NCBI GenBank assembly: GCA_017450465.1
Contig: JAFSUW010000021.1
Location: 69,856 to 101,855, forward strand
Origin: Clostridia bacterium
Lineage (GTDB): Bacteria; Bacillota; Clostridia; TANB77; RGIG9151
DNA: 32,000 nt
Direction of reading: 5' to 3'
The translations under genes and the position numbers were made by a program. Positions 27,760 to 32,000 of the stretch are shown one piece after another. The notes under the pieces are model-generated. The model searched no databases. It had not been told where the DNA came from and saw only the letters and a program-made list of their open reading frames with translations. Within the stretch, counting starts at the first letter, position 1, and each line of letters begins with the position of its first letter.

Positions 27760-28917
27760 CTATAGACCTATCGTATAAGGATTACCTACGTCCCCAGTTC
27801 CGCCTGTTATCTTGATTCCAGATTTTAGAGTTATTACTGGGCGCACCCCGTCCGTAGGGACGCCCGCGCCAGCGCTGCCGTCCGAACCCGCAATGAACAC
27901 GTCGTTGTAGCTGACACTACCACTCGTGCCCAAGCAGCGCACGTAGAAATGGGAGGTGCTGGAGTAGGTGTTCAGACCACGCGAAGCGAGCCATACGTAT
28001 CCACTGCTGTGCTTTAGGTTTGCATTACCACTTATCACGCTTTGGTCGGTGGTGTAGTATGTGTCGCTATATGGTAACACTGCACTTCGTGCTGCATCGA
28101 ATGTTAGTGGATTTGCCGTTGTATCTATTTGCGCTATGCTACTACTCGTTGCTCCTACACTTCTTCCACTTGTTGCATATGTACTATTTACATATGTTGC
28201 ACATTTATCGTTTAGTATTTGTACACAATTTGCATAGTCGCTTTTTGCTTTTTCGGTATCATGAAGACTACTACCACCTAATGTTAAGTTGCCTACACTT
28301 TCTTTACTTATTATTTCTATTACTCCTCCACTGTTTCTTAATACTACCCATTTACCACTATAATCTCCTCCTGTATATGCTATGTAATCTCCTACTTGTA
28401 CATCACTATTGGCCATTATGGCTGTACTGCTTCCGCCACCACTACCACCTTCTGCTAGTACCCAGTCAGTTCCTTCTGCTCCTTCGCAGTATGCCCAGCC
28501 AGCTTCTCCATAGCCATATGTTATATTTACAGGACTGCTTGGTGTTGCTAAATTGCAACTTGTACTATCTCCTATTCCTACTGCTATTTTTTGATTATAT
28601 CCTTCTCCTACTGCACATACATAGTACGCTCCATTTCCACCTTCGTATGATTTAGCTGTATAACCGCTACTTATGTATAATGGTGTTACTCCACTTATTT
28701 CGTAGTATTTTGTTGGTGTTGTTGGTAACTGCCCTTCTCCTATATCTGTTTCCCATATACGTACCGCTTTTCCTATTTGTTCTGCTGTACGTTTATCAGC
28801 ACTTACTTGTGCACGCTGCCTTATTCCTGCTAGGTTTGGTACTGCTATTAATGCAATTATACCGAGTATTGCTATTACGATTATTAGTTCTATTAGCGTA
28901 AAGCCTTTTTGTTTCAT
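27760..28917 (-). CDS. type IV pilin-like protein with a large C-terminal globular domain
   Basis: The N-terminus MKQKGFTLIELIIVIAILGIIALIAVPNL carries the prepilin peptidase site G/FTLIE and a hydrophobic alpha1 helix. RBS AAAGGAGG. The C-terminal part has a W-VL...WLASR...GVRPVITL pattern. Confidence 0.85.
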   Translation of the reverse strand: MKQKGFTLIELIIVIAILGIIALIAVPNLAGIRQRAQVSADKRTAEQIGKAVRIWETDIGEGQLPTTPTKYYEISGVTPLYISSGYTAKSYEGGNGAYYVCAVGEGYNQKIAVGIGDSTSCNLATPSSPVNITYGYGEAGWAYCEGAEGTDWVLAEGGSGGGSSTAIMANSDVQVGDYIAYTGGDYSGKWVVLRNSGGVIEIISKESVGNLTLGGSSLHDTEKAKSDYANCVQILNDKCATYVNSTYATSGRSVGATSSSIAQIDTTANPLTFDAARSAVLPYSDTYYTTDQSVISGNANLKHSSGYVWLASRGLNTYSSTSHFYVRCLGTSGSVSYNDVFIAGSDGSAGAGVPTDGVRPVITLKSGIKITGGTGDVGNPYTIGL

Positions 28918-28948
28918 ATTGTGTTCCTCCTTTATGTTTTGAATTTAA

Positions 28949-29063
28949 AACACCTCATCTGTCACTACGTGACATCTTCCCCTCAAGGGGAAGACTTTAA
29001 ATTTTCACTAGCCGTATGCCTTCCCCTCGAGGGGAAGGTGGCCGTAAGGCCGGATGAGGTGTT
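28949..29063. repeat. 115-bp composite palindromic element in the 5' leader of the pilin-like gene
   Basis: Outer arms AACACCTCATC / GATGAGGTGTT enclose four hairpins: GTCAC-TAC-GTGAC, CTTCCCCT-CA-AGGGGAAG, CCTTCCCCT-CG-AGGGGAAGG and GGCC-GTAA-GGCC. Confidence 0.7.
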
Positions 29064-29092
29064 ACAATTTCTCATACAAAAATTTTAAAATA

Positions 29093-29141
29093 CAAAAAGC
29101 AGATAAAACTATGCCTCACATAGCTTTATCTGCTCTATTTT
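29093..29141. terminator. bidirectional rho-independent terminator
   Basis: AGCAGATAAAACTATG-CCTCA-CATAGCTTTATCTGCT (15 bp paired, 1 mismatch), with T-rich tails on both strands. Confidence 0.7.
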
Positions 29142-29157
29142 TTCAATTAATTTTACG

Positions 29158-29208
29158 TTACCCCCCCCCGATGTAAATATTTACCATATTATTTAATTCA
29201 TATCCCAT
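29158..29208 (-). CDS. possible 16-codon mini-ORF ending in three GGG codons (G9 tract)
   Basis: GGGAGGTG lies 5 nt before the ATG (GGAGG core 7 nt upstream). Product is MGYELNNMVNIYIGGG followed by a stop. The terminator hairpin starts about 20 nt downstream. Confidence 0.3.
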   Translation of the reverse strand: MGYELNNMVNIYIGGG

Positions 29209-29304
29209 CAGGGCACCTCCCTAAATAATTAATAAATAATAATGAATAACGAATATTTATCCATTCATTTATTTTTATCGGCTTGTTTTGGTTTTTCTTT
29301 AACA

Positions 29305-29979
29305 CTATATTTCACCAAAATCTATAGTTTTAATAGTACCATTTTCTTCATAAACTAATGCACCATTTTCATCTACATCTTTTATAATAACCTCTTTATT
29401 AAGCGACTTTATAAAATACTTTTCATTTTTATAAATCATATTATTCCTAAATGTATCTACAATATCTTCTACATCAAAATTTGCCTTATTCTTGATAAGT
29501 ACTTCACAAATATTCATCATAATTAAACCATTATCCACTTGTTTATTTAATTCATTTAACAATGACGTACCTGTTGTTATCAAATATTCTTTACTTATAT
29601 TAGTATTTATTCCTATTCCAATAATAACCTTATTATCTATAATCTCAGCTATAATACCACAAAGCTTTTTGCCATTTATATATAAATCATTAGGCCATTT
29701 TAATTTAACATCTATATCATAAAGTTCTTTTAACACATTAAAGACACTAACGCCAACAAACATAGTAAATAATTCTAATCTTTTGCTATCCACATTAGAT
29801 ACATCAAAAACACAAGAAAACCATAGTCCGCCCTCTTTCGACTGCCATATGTTGCCTGTCCTACCACGACCAGCAGTTTGAACTTTCGCACATACTACAG
29901 TATCGTCTTCAATATCGATTATATTATCTTTTATATATTTCTGCGTCGAATCTATCTCATCAAATTTTATTATTTTCAT
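29305..29979 (-). CDS. birA: biotin--[acetyl-CoA-carboxylase] ligase, group I (no N-terminal HTH)
   Basis: GRGRTGNIWQS and KWPNDLY motifs. Start placed at the ATG at 29979 (MKIIKFDEIDSTQ), 5 nt after GGGGGA. Confidence 0.85.
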   Translation of the reverse strand: MKIIKFDEIDSTQKYIKDNIIDIEDDTVVCAKVQTAGRGRTGNIWQSKEGGLWFSCVFDVSNVDSKRLELFTMFVGVSVFNVLKELYDIDVKLKWPNDLYINGKKLCGIIAEIIDNKVIIGIGINTNISKEYLITTGTSLLNELNKQVDNGLIMMNICEVLIKNKANFDVEDIVDTFRNNMIYKNEKYFIKSLNKEVIIKDVDENGALVYEENGTIKTIDFGEI

Positions 29980-30859
29980 ACAATTCCCCCACATTACAAA
30001 CATTATATGACCGGTATTTATCTATATAAATAATTTTTTCAAAAACACCTTTATCAAGTAATTCATACAATCTAGTACGTCTTTTTAAATCAGTTTCATC
30101 TTTTCCGTGTGCTGTTGCAACTATTTTTACACCTGCATTTACAGCTGTTAAGATTGCTTCTATATCACTATTTTCTCCTATTTCATCAGTTGCAATAAAA
30201 TCTGGTTTCATTGCACGAACTAACATAAGAATTCCTTCAGACTTGTGAATGCCATCTATAACATCCGTATGTATACCAAGATCATTTTGTGCTACACCTT
30301 TATATGTAGATGCGATTTCAAAACGTTCATCTACTACTCCTACATTCTTACCAGAATTACTTATTTGCCTTATTATATCTCTTAAAAGTGTTGTTTTACC
30401 AAGCCCTGGTGGTGAGACTATTAGTGTACTTAAAAAATCACCATTGTTATTAATATTAGAAATTACACTATCAGCTACACCTATAATCTGTCTTGCAACT
30501 CTTATATTTATAGAAGAAATATCTCGAAGAGAATAAATTGCATTTCCTTTATAAAGTGCTTTACCACAAATACCTACTCTATGCCCTCCTGGAATTGTTA
30601 TAAATCCATTTGCAATTTCTTCTTGATATGCATAAACCGAATTATTACAAATCATTTCAAAACATCTTAAAAGCTCTTCTGACATAACAATATGACTTAA
30701 AACTTCTTCTTTATCGTTATATGATATAATAAATGGCTTGTTTACTCGAATTCTAAACTCTTCAACGCCTTCTAACATTTCATCTGTAATTAATGCCTTT
30801 ATGCTACTTGGAAAAAATTTAATTATTTCACTTTTTATTCTTTTTATATCATTTTCCAT
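29960..30859 (-). CDS. spoIIIAA: stage III sporulation protein AA-like ATPase
   Basis: Clear similarity to B. subtilis SpoIIIAA as recalled (NNSVYAYQEEIANGFITIPGGHRVGICG, INIRVARQ, SPPGLGKTTLLRD, VDERFEIA, ATDEIG, ATAHG). Start moved to the ATG at 30859 (MENDIKR), which has an RBS. Confidence 0.8.
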   Translation of the reverse strand: MENDIKRIKSEIIKFFPSSIKALITDEMLEGVEEFRIRVNKPFIISYNDKEEVLSHIVMSEELLRCFEMICNNSVYAYQEEIANGFITIPGGHRVGICGKALYKGNAIYSLRDISSINIRVARQIIGVADSVISNINNNGDFLSTLIVSPPGLGKTTLLRDIIRQISNSGKNVGVVDERFEIASTYKGVAQNDLGIHTDVIDGIHKSEGILMLVRAMKPDFIATDEIGENSDIEAILTAVNAGVKIVATAHGKDETDLKRRTRLYELLDKGVFEKIIYIDKYRSYNVCNVGELYENNKI

Positions 30860-30935
30860 ATTAACACCCCAATAAATTATATGAAATGAATAAAAAATAA
30901 ATAACCTGTCTATACTTATTTTGAGGTGAATTATT

Positions 30936-31139
30936 ATGGAAACTACAATATTTGATGTAGATGTTTTGTCTTTAGCACAAGCAGTATCACTTAGCAACTT
31001 TTTACATTCAAAACCTGGTGTTGATGATGTTATAGTTGATGCAGAAGGCTCTAAAATAACTGTTACCTATGATCCAGCCACTACTGATAGAACAACTATA
31101 AAAAACTCTATTATTTCTGCTGGCGTTTTACTTCATTAA
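30936..31139 (+). CDS. HMA (CopZ)-fold-like 67-aa protein lacking the CxxC metal site
   Basis: GAGGTGA RBS. The pattern of a beta-alpha-beta-beta-alpha-beta HMA domain (...PGVDDVIVDAEGSKITVTYDPATTDRTTIKNSIISAG) is present, but the usual GMxCxxC position reads DVLSLAQAV. Confidence 0.55.
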   Translation: METTIFDVDVLSLAQAVSLSNFLHSKPGVDDVIVDAEGSKITVTYDPATTDRTTIKNSIISAGVLLH

Positions 31140-32000
31140 TCTATTTAGTCTTTCTTCAGTAAGCATACAATAACCTTCATCAAGCTCAATACCGCAGTAC
31201 CTACGATTCATCGAAAATGCAGAAACGAGTGTTGTCCCAGAGCCAGCAAACAAATCAAGAACAAAATCCCCTTCATTTGAAGACGCTGTAATAAGACGCT
31301 TAATTAGTTTCTCGGGTTTTTGAGTAGGATGTTCAGTATTTTCACTCATAGACCAATAAGGTACAGTTATATCTGTCCATACATTTGATGGACAGGTATA
31401 CCTATACTTTTCTCCATTTTCAACAAACCAATCCTTAGCATTGCCATTTTCATCTTTATATGGTGCAATTACTTTTTTCTTTACTTTCACATCTTGTAAA
31501 TTAAATGTATAGTCATCACTATTCATTGTACAAAAAAATATATCTTCAATGTTATTTTTCCAGTTTTTCTTAGCTCCACGCCCCTTATCACGTTCCCAAG
31601 TAATTCTATTTTGAATATAAAAATATTTTTTTAGAATATTATAATAAAGTGGAGTACTACGAAAATCACCGCAAAAATAAAGGCTTCCAGTTGGTTTCAT
31701 AATACGAGGTATTTCTGACATCCATTTATCTAGCCAAATTTCATATTCATCGTCATCTTTTCTATTAAAAGACTTATCATTATAGTGTTTTGTTAAGTTA
31801 TATGGTGGGTCTGTTATAAGTAAATCAACAAAATTATCTGGTAATTTTTTTATTATTTTTAAGGTATCTCCACAAATTAACTTATTCGTTATATTTTTCT
31901 CGTTTAAAGTTTTAGTGTCAAAAATTACATTTTTAAGTAACTCATTTTTTTTATTTGCTAAACTTTCTATTGTAAGCGTTTTATTGCGTTCTGATTTCAT
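31128..32000 (-). CDS. beta-class DNA methyltransferase (DPPY type, likely N6-adenine; N4-cytosine not excluded)
   Basis: Motif IV LLITDPPYNL precedes motif I LDLFAGSGTT, which is the beta-class order. HPTQKP motif also present. The ATG sits exactly at the window edge. Confidence 0.85.
   Translation of the reverse strand: MKSERNKTLTIESLANKKNELLKNVIFDTKTLNEKNITNKLICGDTLKIIKKLPDNFVDLLITDPPYNLTKHYNDKSFNRKDDDEYEIWLDKWMSEIPRIMKPTGSLYFCGDFRSTPLYYNILKKYFYIQNRITWERDKGRGAKKNWKNNIEDIFFCTMNSDDYTFNLQDVKVKKKVIAPYKDENGNAKDWFVENGEKYRYTCPSNVWTDITVPYWSMSENTEHPTQKPEKLIKRLITASSNEGDFVLDLFAGSGTTLVSAFSMNRRYCGIELDEGYCMLTEERLNRLMK

Noticed and set aside
28020-28901. Two long plus-strand ORFs (211 aa and 73 aa) antisense to the pilin-like gene
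   Set aside because: Their products are L/H/Y/F-rich low-complexity strings, they have no RBS, and they lie entirely antisense to a well-supported gene. The biased sense-strand codon composition simply removes stop codons from the antisense frames.
29161-29169. G9/C9 tract as a G-quadruplex comparable to the Neisseria pilE G4
   Set aside because: A single uninterrupted run of nine G cannot supply four G-tracts with loops, and no additional G-runs lie nearby.
30860-30997. N-terminal extensions in the ORF track: spoIIIAA-like 30860-30997, birA 29980-30003, dapA 25015-25044, NUDIX 14411-14449, DUF3592-like 26724-26741, flagellin 3056-3064
   Set aside because: In each case an internal ATG has a properly spaced Shine-Dalgarno sequence and matches the family N-terminus. 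The extension either lacks an RBS or overlaps a hairpin or a neighbouring gene.

Overview
AT-rich (about 30% GC by eye) chromosomal segment from a low-GC Firmicute, probably a flagellated, spore-forming member of the Clostridia (spoIIIAA-like, sleB-like and SpoVK/CbbX-type AAA+ genes, plus a flagellin with a sigma-28 promoter). Almost all genes are on the minus strand. Most are housekeeping: ffh-ylxM, proS, rsmI, ychF, birA, an ABC-F ATPase and all four steps of the DapL lysine route (dapA, dapB, dapL, dapF). No rRNA, tRNA, CRISPR array, integrase or transposase gene was seen. The region most worth follow-up is a small islet at about 27.5-29.3 kb holding an orphan type IV pilin-like gene. A 171-nt segment near the 3' end of that gene switches abruptly to adenine-depleted, NNC-rich codons, which resembles the variable region of a diversity-generating retroelement (DGR). 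No template repeat or reverse transcriptase lies in the window. GC-rich palindromic elements flank the gene on both sides. Upstream there is also a 16-codon mini-ORF ending in a G9 tract. The second notable locus, at 16.5-20.4 kb, has two adjacent multi-module AAA+ genes. The conserved N-terminus of the downstream gene lies upstream of any usable start codon, in the -1 frame of the upstream gene, next to a G-AAA-AAG slip-prone site. Other observations: a dispersed (A)ATGTAGGGGCG hairpin repeat family; a 122-bp MITE-like palindrome with flanking direct repeats; a biotin-domain-less carboxyltransferase that seems to need an ATT start; a six-fold helical-repeat protein of unknown function; a class III Fic protein; a cysteine-less HMA-like mini-protein; and a beta-class DNA methyltransferase at the right edge. 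All functional calls rest on motif recognition by eye, since no database search was possible.
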